Virus record (IMG/VR): IMGVR_UViG_3300024978_000004
Span: 15,941-79,940 of that record
Origin: a virus
Length of the DNA: 64,000 nt
Reading direction: 5' to 3' (one strand)
The notes under the pieces are model-generated. The model saw only the letters and a list, made by a program, of their open reading frames with translations, was not told the origin of the DNA and searched no databases. The position numbers and the translations under genes were made by a program. Each line of letters starts with the position of its first letter. Position 1 is the stretch's first letter. This document shows positions 18,451-27,326 of the stretch, in pieces.

Positions 18451-18602
18451 TCTAACATACAAAATAAACAAATTACAGCGCTCATAACGGTCGATAACCC
18501 AAGAGCAAGTTGTGTGTGGTGCAAATTGAGATCGCCCGCAACGCCTGTAGCAATACCGAGAGTGATTCCCACCATAGCCCAAAAATTCCAAGTTTTTGTC
18601 AT
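18447..18602 (-). CDS. Small two-TM membrane protein (51 aa)
   Basis: Manual translation MTKTWNFWAMVGITLGIATGVAGDLNLHHTQLALGLSTVMSAVICLFCMLE; RBS GGAG 7 nt upstream. Confidence 0.6.
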   Translation of the reverse strand: MTKTWNFWAMVGITLGIATGVAGDLNLHHTQLALGLSTVMSAVICLFCMLE

Positions 18603-18631
18603 TTCTTTGCTCCAATGTCCTTAAAATAAGA

Positions 18632-18788
18632 TGATGTAAACATTCAGCTTCAATTTCCTGCAGTTCTCATACCCCAGCCCATAAATGAACTGTTGCGTTC
18701 TCAACATTTATCTCTCCGGAAACTCAAATCCCGATTGCCTACTATATCCAGGGTTTTTATGAACCAGTTACGGATACTGTTTACATCA
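18632..18788 (-). ncRNA. Candidate structured RNA immediately 3' of the tRNA
   Basis: Non-coding 157 nt closed by a perfect 11-bp inverted repeat (TGATGTAAACA/TGTTTACATCA), with internal hairpins. Confidence 0.35.
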
Positions 18789-18791
18789 ATC

Positions 18792-18867
18792 TGGTGCGCT
18801 CGGGGAGGATCGAACTCCCACCAAATCGGGTTTAGAAGCCGTTGCTCTACCATTGAGCTACGAGCGC
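18792..18867 (-). tRNA. tRNA with CUA anticodon (putative amber suppressor), encoded CCA
   Basis: 76-nt cloverleaf: acceptor GCGCTCG/CGAGCGC, D arm GCTC/GAGC, loop TT-CTA-AA, T arm GGGAG-TTCGATC-CTCCC, ACCA end. Anticodon stem has only 3 Watson-Crick pairs. Confidence 0.8.
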
Positions 18868-18872
18868 AAAAA

Positions 18873-19175
18873 TCATTTCCACAGTTTATACTTTTTAACT
18901 TGTGGAGGAAAAACGTGTCTTGGCATAAGCACAAGAGCAACTTCTTTATTATCTAACGAACTTTCAGTAATTACAACACATCGTTCTATTTGTTTCGATT
19001 CTTCGAATTCTTCGCGGGTTACTTGTACTACCACTTTCTTAAAAGATTTTGTTACCCACTCAATAGTGTCTGGATCGTTTACAAACCGCAAATAAGCAGA
19101 CAGGCTGGCGTGTGCAGTAACCAACGGCACGATTCCAGTTGGCACGTCATCGGGAATAAGAATATACATTTTCAT
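18873..19175 (-). CDS. Peptidyl-tRNA hydrolase 2 (PTH2)-like protein
   Basis: MKMYILIPDDVP...VTAHASL...W...SFKKVV...ITES...VALVLMPR; ends 5 nt before the tRNA. Confidence 0.7.
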   Translation of the reverse strand: MKMYILIPDDVPTGIVPLVTAHASLSAYLRFVNDPDTIEWVTKSFKKVVVQVTREEFEESKQIERCVVITESSLDNKEVALVLMPRHVFPPQVKKYKLWK

Positions 19176-19181
19176 GGTACT

Positions 19182-19436
19182 TTACCGTATTTTTCCGTTA
19201 TGAAAATTTACTAAAAACTCTGCTTCTAATGCATATACAAAAAACTGTTGGTGGTTCACCAAATCAACCCCACCATTATTGCTTGTTCGTTGTATAGACT
19301 GCACCAAACACGGATAACTCACCGGAGGGTTACCAACTATATTATGGCACTCACCTCTGCTCTTTGTAACAACCAAATGTGTTTGGTAATGTTCCCAATC
19401 TTCAGTTCCCCGCAATAATTTCCATGGTGAATACAT
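19182..19436 (-). CDS. Hypothetical protein
   Basis: 84 aa ORF in the run. Confidence 0.55.
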   Translation of the reverse strand: MYSPWKLLRGTEDWEHYQTHLVVTKSRGECHNIVGNPPVSYPCLVQSIQRTSNNGGVDLVNHQQFFVYALEAEFLVNFHNGKIR

Positions 19437-19480
19437 TGTTTAGTCTTTCTTTGATTATGAATAATTATATATCAAAAAGA

Positions 19481-19503
19481 AAAACCGGTCAACGACCGGT
19501 TTT
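19481..19503 (-). terminator. Rho-independent terminator
   Basis: AAAACCGGTC-GTT-GACCGGTTTT. Confidence 0.75.
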
Positions 19504-19524
19504 ATATTACTTATTAGACAGGAG

Positions 19525-19686
19525 TTATTCCTGGTCTGTACGATACTTTTTCTTTTTTGTACGAACGTAGTCCCGGTGATAAACCTTCTGTGCGAGTGTC
19601 TTTGCAACCTTAGGAGCGCCTTCCTTTTTCTTTTCTTCCTCTTCTTTTAAGAGGTTATCCATTTCTTGTAACAGCTTGAATTCCAT
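19525..19686 (-). CDS. Small basic protein
   Basis: Start re-called to MEFKLLQEM (RBS GGAG); Lys/Arg-rich C-terminus. Confidence 0.6.
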   Translation of the reverse strand: MEFKLLQEMDNLLKEEEEKKKEGAPKVAKTLAQKVYHRDYVRTKKKKYRTDQE

Positions 19687-19697
19687 TTGTATACTCC

Positions 19698-20366
19698 TTA
19701 TGAACACTTAGCTGCATCAACCGATACAACTTTTCCCTTTGATGATCCATCAACGATGCGAGTGGTATAAAACTTCTTACCAGCATCATTTTTACCTATA
19801 CGAGCGATCTTGCCTTCAACCTTCTCGCCATCGTGATCAAATTTCACAAAATCCCCAACACCAGGATTATCAGCAGCTTCATTAATTAAAAACTCCATGA
19901 AAGTGGATGCTTTCAGTGCCTTCAGTTTCTTTTGAACCTTAGCTTCTTGGACAAGAATAACAGCTTTTGCAACCTTATCTCTTGCTGACTCATTTGTGTT
20001 GTGATATGCCTTGTATCCATCCATAAATTCTGCACTAGCTTCTTTATCACCAGCATATGGATTGTTGGATAACGAAAATGGTCCTGATTTTGGACTATGA
20101 AATGTATCCCCTTTAGCCTTACTATCTGCCTCTAACCTAGCAGACGACATCCCCGCCTTCCAATAAGTGGAGCGAACTGGTTTATTCTTATTTGGGGTGG
20201 GTGCACCCTCCCCCATCATTTTTTTGAAAATTCCAGTCACATAAGCAAAATCTTCTTCGTGCCCTTCCTTAGCAGCAGATTTTTTAGCAGCACTCCAGTG
20301 TTTCTCAGCGGCGGCTACTGTCATTTTGTGCTTTTTAGCTAATTTTTCAACATATGCTTGTGGCAT
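19698..20366 (-). CDS. Late protein, probably head-associated
   Basis: 222 aa, modular; late promoter CATAAATA at 20403-20396. Confidence 0.6.
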   Translation of the reverse strand: MPQAYVEKLAKKHKMTVAAAEKHWSAAKKSAAKEGHEEDFAYVTGIFKKMMGEGAPTPNKNKPVRSTYWKAGMSSARLEADSKAKGDTFHSPKSGPFSLSNNPYAGDKEASAEFMDGYKAYHNTNESARDKVAKAVILVQEAKVQKKLKALKASTFMEFLINEAADNPGVGDFVKFDHDGEKVEGKIARIGKNDAGKKFYTTRIVDGSSKGKVVSVDAAKCS

Positions 20367-20404
20367 TCTATTTCTCCTAACAACAAGTTTAAAAGTATTT
20401 ATGG

Positions 20405-20821
20405 TTAAACCACAATAACAATATCATTTTGCGCCGTTTTAAAGTTGGCTTTATTCATTATGGTCTTAACAACAAATTTAAACTTATTTCTTCCAATCGG
20501 TTCTATAACACATGGTATATTAATGACACCACCATCCATTGTGTGTTTAATAGTAATCTGTACTGGAGTTCCTTGAGCAGCTTGTGTAAACGCATCCACC
20601 ACGGCAGGGTGTTTATTATCGAAGGCTTTTAAAAATAACTGGAGGGTTTCCATAACATGCGCTTCTTCTACAGAATCACCTCTACCAACTTCGGTGGCAC
20701 GGTCAAAAGAGTGAGTGGGTAGCAATAGGGATAACCCCCTACGGGCAAAATTACTAGAGTGAACCATCTTCACGGTAGTAAATGATTGAGCAGCCATTTC
20801 AATTATATCGCGTATTTTCAT
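20405..20821 (-). CDS. Hypothetical protein with MKIxDIIE N-terminus
   Basis: 138 aa, MKIRDIIEM. Confidence 0.65.
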   Translation of the reverse strand: MKIRDIIEMAAQSFTTVKMVHSSNFARRGLSLLLPTHSFDRATEVGRGDSVEEAHVMETLQLFLKAFDNKHPAVVDAFTQAAQGTPVQITIKHTMDGGVINIPCVIEPIGRNKFKFVVKTIMNKANFKTAQNDIVIVV

Positions 20822-20832
20822 TATGGATCCTA

Positions 20833-21711
20833 TTACAAGACTGGCACTCTCATCTGATGTGCGACAGTTTTAGTTTTTTCATTTGTTCTGTCAAATATAA
20901 CACGTTGGACCGCTGGTGGGAATCTATCCTTAATCAATTGGATGATCTGTTCCGCTGTTTCAACATCTTCTATATTTATACCACCACCAAACATTACTTC
21001 CAATGCTTCTTGAGGATCATCGATTACGATCGAATCACCAACAAAATCCAAATCTGGATGTGCCCTTTTGATATCATCTGGAGTCACGGATTTCATGGTG
21101 GATAGATAACCATCCCCACGAACCTTTTTTGGTCGCATTTGAAAGATTCTCTTGAGACCTAAGTTCATATCCATTGAACGACCCACGCGAACGATTAGGT
21201 CACCCGTCTTATCATCATAAACGAATTTATCAACACCTTTTTGATCCAAAACAGAAGCAACAGCCTGTAACAACATTCTGCGAATTGCCCCTTTGTAAAT
21301 ACTCTTATCTCCTGCTGATGCATATGCAAATTGTGCCCATTTAGTATTGGGCACATACATGAAGTCTACCTGTACTAAGCCGTTATTTGGATCTCCAGCA
21401 ATCGGGACCGCATAAGAACCCACCTTTGTTCCTGGATTGTATGCGGTGTAGTCATCACCCAATACACCAACCATTTTTTCGTGTATATCTTGTGGGTTAT
21501 GAGTAGTAATGTTGACTGCGATATCAATATCACCACTTGTTGCTGTTTTTCCAGTTGACCCCAATGGAAACATATCAGCAACAGAAATCCCTGAAATTTT
21601 ACTCACATATTGTAGAGTGGAAGGAATGTCGCCCCTATTGATGCGAATAACGCCTGCATTTTTTAGTGCATACCCACCTTCTTTGATAAGCTTGATTTCA
21701 CGAATCTTCAT
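20833..21711 (-). CDS. Pol-beta superfamily nucleotidyltransferase
   Basis: LGSTGK...SGDIDIAV (hGS...DxD) plus VQVDFM third acidic residue; N-terminus MKIREIKLIKEGG. Confidence 0.75.
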   Translation of the reverse strand: MKIREIKLIKEGGYALKNAGVIRINRGDIPSTLQYVSKISGISVADMFPLGSTGKTATSGDIDIAVNITTHNPQDIHEKMVGVLGDDYTAYNPGTKVGSYAVPIAGDPNNGLVQVDFMYVPNTKWAQFAYASAGDKSIYKGAIRRMLLQAVASVLDQKGVDKFVYDDKTGDLIVRVGRSMDMNLGLKRIFQMRPKKVRGDGYLSTMKSVTPDDIKRAHPDLDFVGDSIVIDDPQEALEVMFGGGINIEDVETAEQIIQLIKDRFPPAVQRVIFDRTNEKTKTVAHQMRVPVL

Positions 21712-21719
21712 ATAAAAAA

Positions 21720-21890
21720 TTATTCATCCGCCAATGTTTCCAACTCGTCTCTCAATTCTCTTGCAAGCTCGATTGCGTTTTCAAATATATCAATATCCAA
21801 ATCAAGGCCAGCGCCGTCGCTCATCTCGGCAATCATGTTATTAATGCGATCGACCAAATCAATGACAAAATCCGTTTTGCTTTCAAACAT
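21720..21890 (-). CDS. Small acidic protein (56 aa)
   Basis: Manual translation MFESKTDFVIDLVDRINNMIAEMSDG...; RBS AGGAG. Confidence 0.6.
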   Translation of the reverse strand: MFESKTDFVIDLVDRINNMIAEMSDGAGLDLDIDIFENAIELARELRDELETLADE

Positions 21891-21985
21891 ACTACTATCT
21901 CCTGTGGATGGGTTTCGTAGTATTTAGAAATATAATGCGTTTTTACAAAGATTTTACGACAATATGTGGTCGTTGAGTACTAATT

Positions 21986-22180
21986 TTAGCCGAACAAAAT
22001 ATCCTGTCCCGATTCGGTTTTTTCAAGAATGTTATTAGGAACTCCAGGGGTTTGAGGAATCTGGCCCATGGCAATAGCCATTTCAACGAGATTTCTCGAA
22101 GGATATGGTCCAAAAGTACCGTTAGCATTTTTTACATAAAATACCGTTTTCGTTGGGTTATCGTTAGTAAGCATAAACAT
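21986..22180 (-). CDS. Hypothetical protein
   Basis: 64 aa ORF in the run. Confidence 0.55.
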   Translation of the reverse strand: MFMLTNDNPTKTVFYVKNANGTFGPYPSRNLVEMAIAMGQIPQTPGVPNNILEKTESGQDILFG

Positions 22181-22604
22181 CTCCAGTTGAAATTAGTCTT
22201 GGCTCGAGCCATTCTTTCAAGTGAGGCTCGTATTGTTCTACATAGTTATCAGGCATGTCAAGAAAATAATTATACAACCGAATGCCGACACAACGACGAT
22301 TGTTTAAAATATCACCTATCGTTACAAATATAAAGCGTTGGCCGTTTGGCACAACATACAATTCTGTGGTCGACATCAGATTGTGTTTAATATGTTCTTC
22401 TACCAAAACATCGCTGAAAATACGCATTAGTTGTTTGGCCCATGTATCAGTATGAGTCACAATCATGGTTTCAGCATAAGCGTTACCAACTTGAGCAATG
22501 CCCAAAAGTTGTGTTAACATAGCAGTGGTTTTCCCCACTCCCCTTCCTACCAGTTTTCCTTCTATAACAGCGTGTAGTCTTTCAGTATCAAGTGTATCAA
22601 TCAT
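22164..22604 (-). CDS. Small P-loop-containing protein
   Basis: GRGVGKTT Walker A-like motif. Confidence 0.6.
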   Translation of the reverse strand: MIDTLDTERLHAVIEGKLVGRGVGKTTAMLTQLLGIAQVGNAYAETMIVTHTDTWAKQLMRIFSDVLVEEHIKHNLMSTTELYVVPNGQRFIFVTIGDILNNRRCVGIRLYNYFLDMPDNYVEQYEPHLKEWLEPRLISTGDVYAY

Positions 22605-22650
22605 TATAAATCCTTTTTGTAATATTTACTGTAACTTTTTGGGGGGATTC

Positions 22651-23118
22651 CTATTGTTCACACACAAACACTGCTGTACCATATTGTTTCGACAACGTTT
22701 TCATAACAGGTTCAACTTCAGTTGACCATGACAGGCCACCCAAACCGCACCCAATTTTTGGCATATAAAATGGTAAACCTAATGCATCCGCCAGGTCAAG
22801 TGCATTGTGAACGGACTCCTCAACAGCTTCAAGTTTTGCAAATTTGGCACCGGTTCTTCCATAATACTCTTGGGTAAAACAATTTGCAATTATTAATTCT
22901 GAATTAATAGTAGCAAAATCAACAATACCCAACAAGTATCCCGCATTATTTTTTCGTTTATATATTTCACACAGCTCGTGATATTTTGTAAAAATAGACG
23001 GATGTTTATCACGAAGACATTTTGCTACGCCGGAACCCATTACACCTTGACAATTTACACCATGTGCCACAACTCCACGAGTAACAGTAGCAATGTCCTT
23101 TTTAATATATGTTAACAT
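22651..23118 (-). CDS. Macrodomain (ADP-ribose processing, Appr-1''-p-like)
   Basis: DIATV...VAHGVNCQGVMGSGVA...IANCFTQ...MPKIGCGLGG. Confidence 0.9.
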   Translation of the reverse strand: MLTYIKKDIATVTRGVVAHGVNCQGVMGSGVAKCLRDKHPSIFTKYHELCEIYKRKNNAGYLLGIVDFATINSELIIANCFTQEYYGRTGAKFAKLEAVEESVHNALDLADALGLPFYMPKIGCGLGGLSWSTEVEPVMKTLSKQYGTAVFVCEQ

Positions 23119-23415
23119 TCAAACGCTTCCATTTTCAAATTCTTTTTGGTTTTCGTATGGTGCTACATATTTGCGGTAGTATTCTTGTTTGCAGGATTCC
23201 AACATTCCCATTACTTCATTATATCCATGATAATTTTGTTTTGAGTCGGGATACACAGACAAAATTAGTTTAGTAATGGCATAATTCATCAATCCCGCAC
23301 GTTCACTTACACCAAGTTCATACATCTCATTGATTCCACCTGCAAGCAATCCAATTTCATTATCAATGTTATCTCTATATTCTACTTTAATGTATGGCAT
23401 AATTCTTCTCCTCAA
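23119..23415 (-). CDS. Hypothetical protein
   Basis: MPYIK...GLMNYAITKL...YNEVMGMLESCKQEYYRKYVAPYE. Confidence 0.65.
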   Translation of the reverse strand: MRRRIMPYIKVEYRDNIDNEIGLLAGGINEMYELGVSERAGLMNYAITKLILSVYPDSKQNYHGYNEVMGMLESCKQEYYRKYVAPYENQKEFENGSV

Positions 23416-23726
23416 TAATGTGCGTTAATTACAAATACTTCTTCTTCAGGATGTTTATATGCACTAAATGCCGCTATATAATCAGACATATCTCTCATAT
23501 ATAACACCCCATCGATTATTTCTGTGTTGGCTTGCTCTTCTGTTGTTAATTCATTTTCATAACCAGCAGGTACGTGGTGTCTTTCCCACAACAAAACTTT
23601 TGGTGACCACCCATGTTTTTGAAAATAAACATCTTCAATTCGTTGATATAACACAGGCATATCATCGGGTAGGTTTTCCATGGCCTTTTTTAGCCCGCCC
23701 ACAGTTAAACAAAATGAATCTATCAC
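23412..23726 (-). CDS. Hypothetical protein
   Basis: 104 aa, overlaps both neighbours. Confidence 0.6.
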   Translation of the reverse strand: MIDSFCLTVGGLKKAMENLPDDMPVLYQRIEDVYFQKHGWSPKVLLWERHHVPAGYENELTTEEQANTEIIDGVLYMRDMSDYIAAFSAYKHPEEEVFVINAHY

Positions 23727-24457
23727 GTTTTATTTTCCTTTATTTCGTTGTCGCGTTCTGTTTCAAGATGTGAAACAAAAAAGTCGTATCTGTCCACATG
23801 ATCTTCGTGTGTTTCTTTGACTAAATCAACACATCCCTTACAATACAAGGGAGAAACCTTTGACACATAATGTGTTTTATTTTTCTTGAATGGATTACCA
23901 CACAATGAGCACAAATAGTGGTCACCTATGTGTCTATTACCAAACACATCACGCCGCAGTAATTGTGGTGGTAGCCTATCAAGATATTCGTACAACTCGT
24001 CAAAGGTGTCGAAAATTTTTGTGCTTAATCCAAAAAGCCACCCACTAATTTTTTCCGTTTTTGGTAATGAATTAACCACAAAAACAGGAATATCATGGTT
24101 GTAAGCATATTGACATTCACTAATAGTACCAGCACCTTTTCTTACACCTTCATCGAGTAATACCACTAACGCATCACTATCATTAAGAATTAATTGCAAA
24201 TCAGTATAAATGAAATGCTTTCTAATGTGCATTTTACGCTGCAGTGGGTCAGTCGTATCAATTTCACGAAAGATGTTGCCATGTTTGGAAGAATAGGCAA
24301 CATCCAGTGCTGTAATATCGAGTGGATAATAACCCATCTCCTTCAACTTATTGGAGCATTCGCTTCGCCACGTCCCACCAAGTTTTCCATCTGGTGCAAA
24401 CTCCATTGACCCCGAAAGGTACAAATTACCACGTTTATATTTTGGGTGGTTAATCAT
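23723..24457 (-). CDS. Nucleoside 2-deoxyribosyltransferase-like protein with C-terminal Zn finger
   Basis: LYLSGSM...DLQLI..SDALVVLL...GAGTISE..YA; CxxC...CxxC tail. Confidence 0.75.
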   Translation of the reverse strand: MINHPKYKRGNLYLSGSMEFAPDGKLGGTWRSECSNKLKEMGYYPLDITALDVAYSSKHGNIFREIDTTDPLQRKMHIRKHFIYTDLQLILNDSDALVVLLDEGVRKGAGTISECQYAYNHDIPVFVVNSLPKTEKISGWLFGLSTKIFDTFDELYEYLDRLPPQLLRRDVFGNRHIGDHYLCSLCGNPFKKNKTHYVSKVSPLYCKGCVDLVKETHEDHVDRYDFFVSHLETERDNEIKENKT

Positions 24458-24813
24458 AGTTTTGCAATATCTCCAGTAAGTAATTCAATTTCAGCTTTAT
24501 GTTTAGCAATTTGCTCTTGCAGCGAATATCTAACACGTTCCTTAGCTAAAATAACCTCAGCTTGGTGTTTGAGTTCATCGATTGATAATAGTGGTGAGTC
24601 TATAAAAATGCGTTTGACGTTATCACTTACAATAATGAGAGGTCCTTCTCTCCACCGATTTTTTATTTCCTGACCCGTTGCAAGATTTACAATAAAGTTG
24701 GCGGAATATCCTATCCGTAACGGCAAAACCTGGAAGGGTTCTCGCTCATGTTTGTTGTCATACCCCACACGAAACACATCTCCCGTAAAATAGATTATAC
24801 CAAGTTCCGTCAT
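24454..24813 (-). CDS. Hypothetical protein
   Basis: 119 aa, overlaps neighbours. Confidence 0.6.
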   Translation of the reverse strand: MTELGIIYFTGDVFRVGYDNKHEREPFQVLPLRIGYSANFIVNLATGQEIKNRWREGPLIIVSDNVKRIFIDSPLLSIDELKHQAEVILAKERVRYSLQEQIAKHKAEIELLTGDIAKL

Positions 24814-25262
24814 TTAAACTTCTCTCTCATTTCGGTCCGAACTCGCATTAAAATTAATCCGAGATTGTTTTGACCAACGCCGTCGCACACTCCCCACACC
24901 ACATCACCCCAATTATTGCCCTCTTCGAGGTGGCAATCACCAGTAGCAATCAGTTTTTCGCGTAGATGAGGATTTTGGTTGAATTTTTGATACACGATTT
25001 CGTACATGGTAGCAATCTTAATATCCGCAAATCCCTCACGAAGAGTTAAAGTTTTGCCCAACCGTTTGGTGTCGCTTGGATTTTTAATCTTTGAAATAGC
25101 AATCCGCCCTTCACGGTCATCAATTTTTGCTGCTTGATATGCGTGCTCTGAAGAGGGCCATAGTATTCCATCCCACACAAACTCTGCTGGATAAAAATTT
25201 GATAAGTATCGATACTCGCCAAAAAATGTTAAAATAGGTTCATTATTCATAATATTCTTCAA
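24810..25262 (-). CDS. NADAR (YbiA-like) family protein
   Basis: YLSNFY...WPSSEHAYQAAK...KFNQNPHLREKLIATG...WGDVVWG...GQNNLGLILMRVR. Confidence 0.9.
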   Translation of the reverse strand: MKNIMNNEPILTFFGEYRYLSNFYPAEFVWDGILWPSSEHAYQAAKIDDREGRIAISKIKNPSDTKRLGKTLTLREGFADIKIATMYEIVYQKFNQNPHLREKLIATGDCHLEEGNNWGDVVWGVCDGVGQNNLGLILMRVRTEMREKFK

Positions 25263-25498
25263 TAGATATTGTCACATGATGTTTCATCTTCAACAACATA
25301 AAAAGTTATTACCTTTACGTCATTATAACACCCACCCCGCTTTGCAATCGACTTCGCAAGGCTCAAAGCTACTCCGTGTTTTGAGTATAGATAAGCTGAT
25401 TGAAATTTTTCTGTATGACCACCATTGGCCGATAACCACATGTGTTGTCCATCATATACTGTATATCTAACAGCCCAACGCTTAAATTTGTTTTCCAT
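25259..25498 (-). CDS. Hypothetical protein
   Basis: 79 aa in the run. Confidence 0.55.
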   Translation of the reverse strand: MENKFKRWAVRYTVYDGQHMWLSANGGHTEKFQSAYLYSKHGVALSLAKSIAKRGGCYNDVKVITFYVVEDETSCDNIY

Positions 25499-25501
25499 AT
25501 A

Positions 25502-25729
25502 TTATTTCCACCTCGGAAAGTTGCACTGCATCAAAAGTGGACGAGGAGGCTCATTTTGTTTCATCCTGATGATTGTGTCGGTTAATGTTTTATTTTCCTT
25601 AACAAAATGATCAACAGCAAGCATCATTGCTTCTTCCCACGTAAGAAACCCGTGCCTTGCTTGATACACACACATACTCAAGGCACTATTATCGTGGGAC
25701 AAGTTAATTATCTGTTCTCTTGTGACCAT
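25502..25729 (-). CDS. Hypothetical protein
   Basis: 75 aa in the run. Confidence 0.55.
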   Translation of the reverse strand: MVTREQIINLSHDNSALSMCVYQARHGFLTWEEAMMLAVDHFVKENKTLTDTIIRMKQNEPPRPLLMQCNFPRWK

Positions 25730-26316
25730 AGCTTCTTATCTCCTTCACAAAAATATCCTTTGCTGCGATGCAACGCTTCCAGCTGTACAAATTCCCACGA
25801 CATGTTTGAACGAGCACGAGCCTCAAACTCACGGCGAAAATGTTCTGTATGAAAAATATAGTCTCTGTTACAAAATGAAACTATCCAATTCATTCTACCT
25901 TCTAACCACTCTTGTTCAGTTAGGTGTGCAAACTCAGCACGAACATTATCTGTGTTCTGTTTGAATTCTTCCCACGCCGACCCCAATCCCATCAAATCAA
26001 GGTCTAATACCACTTTCGATTCGTCCAAAGACGAAATGTGTGTTTTCGTATCAAGAATGATTTGTCGAGCGACGTGCATATCGAGACGGTTGTTATGCTC
26101 CAACCATTCCATCATTTTGTTTGCACTATCCTCTTCGTTGGTTTTCGATTGGGGATTATATACAAAATCATGCCACCAAATAGCAGTTACTTGTGCATTT
26201 GATAAAGTAATACCTTCTTTTGTGGCATATTTAAACATGCTGGTAATGTGATCTAATGTGTGGTAATACCGATGGGATTCAGTATAAGCATTTGTTAATT
26301 GTACAATATCAAACAT
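25708..26316 (-). CDS. HD-superfamily metal-dependent phosphohydrolase
   Basis: RYYHTLDHI...AIWWHDFVY...LDLDL. Confidence 0.8.
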   Translation of the reverse strand: MFDIVQLTNAYTESHRYYHTLDHITSMFKYATKEGITLSNAQVTAIWWHDFVYNPQSKTNEEDSANKMMEWLEHNNRLDMHVARQIILDTKTHISSLDESKVVLDLDLMGLGSAWEEFKQNTDNVRAEFAHLTEQEWLEGRMNWIVSFCNRDYIFHTEHFRREFEARARSNMSWEFVQLEALHRSKGYFCEGDKKLWSQENR

Positions 26317-26319
26317 AAA

Positions 26320-27219
26320 TCAACTCCATCCCAACTTTGTGGTCAACACTTCAAAGAAGTTCCAAGCGGGTGTGTGTAACAACCGCACTTTATTTGGTTG
26401 TGTGTTGATTGTAAAGGTAGCAGCCTCACCACTATTATGAGTATCAAACGAACCGAACAATTGCCCATCACCACGAATTGATACCGTTCCACCATCACGG
26501 ATTCGTGCAGATACCTTAATAACGGCATCACCACCTACAATAATAGGACGAGAGGCCATCGTCATGGGTGCAACTGGTGTGATTTCTAATACATTTAATG
26601 AAGGATAAATAATCGCGCCGCCCGCGGATAAAGCGTAGGCGGTAGAACCGGTAGGAGTGGAAATAACAACACTATTGGCACGGTGAGAACCAGCGCTCAT
26701 ATTGTCAACCCAAACTTCATATTCGATAGCCGAATCGGAATTGCTGTTAGCAATGGAGATCTCGTTCATTGTCGAAAACTCATAGCCTTCCGGGGTGGTT
26801 GTGAACAACATAATTCTATCTTCACGTGGAAACAAAGACGTTTTCCCCACATCAAGGATGCTGCCAAGATAACTGTTTTTTTGCAAATCCTCAAAGGAAA
26901 AGTCAGTCAAAAATCCCACTCGTCCTGTATTAATGCCCATTACCGTTGCACCAGTTGATACCGCAATGTCACTAGCATACAACATTGTACCATCGCCACC
27001 AATGGCCACGATAAGGGTATCCTGCGTAATGTCGCATTGGTCGGAGATGATGATCACTTGGTTTGTCGGCGACAACAACTGATTAACACTTCTGAGCTGC
27101 TTGCGGATTTCCTTTTCCGCTTCATCGACACGTTCAACATCCTGCCCGTTTACTTTACGGACGATATATACAGATTGAAATGCGGGCTTATTCATAATTA
27201 CCTCAATTCTTACATTCAT
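26320..27219 (-). CDS. nadK: NAD kinase
   Basis: IGGDGTML, GINTGRVGFL, NE, STPTGSTAYALSAGG signature motifs. Confidence 0.92.
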   Translation of the reverse strand: MNVRIEVIMNKPAFQSVYIVRKVNGQDVERVDEAEKEIRKQLRSVNQLLSPTNQVIIISDQCDITQDTLIVAIGGDGTMLYASDIAVSTGATVMGINTGRVGFLTDFSFEDLQKNSYLGSILDVGKTSLFPREDRIMLFTTTPEGYEFSTMNEISIANSNSDSAIEYEVWVDNMSAGSHRANSVVISTPTGSTAYALSAGGAIIYPSLNVLEITPVAPMTMASRPIIVGGDAVIKVSARIRDGGTVSIRGDGQLFGSFDTHNSGEAATFTINTQPNKVRLLHTPAWNFFEVLTTKLGWS

Positions 27220-27326
27220 TAATTATGGGGTTATTGTCCAACATTTGTTTATAAAACACAACAACCATAAATATATTAAACAAGTTGCATCTCACTATCA
27301 CAACGTTCATAAAAAGGATTATAATT

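Noticed and set aside
18735-18770. preQ1-like riboswitch (TGGTTC...AAACCC)
   Set aside because: It lacks the 3' A-rich tail and does not sit directly upstream of a relevant gene.
18792-18867. tRNA-Arg(UCU) interpretation
   Set aside because: Centring the loop on TCT leaves only one base pair in the anticodon stem, and the Arg identity base A20 is absent.
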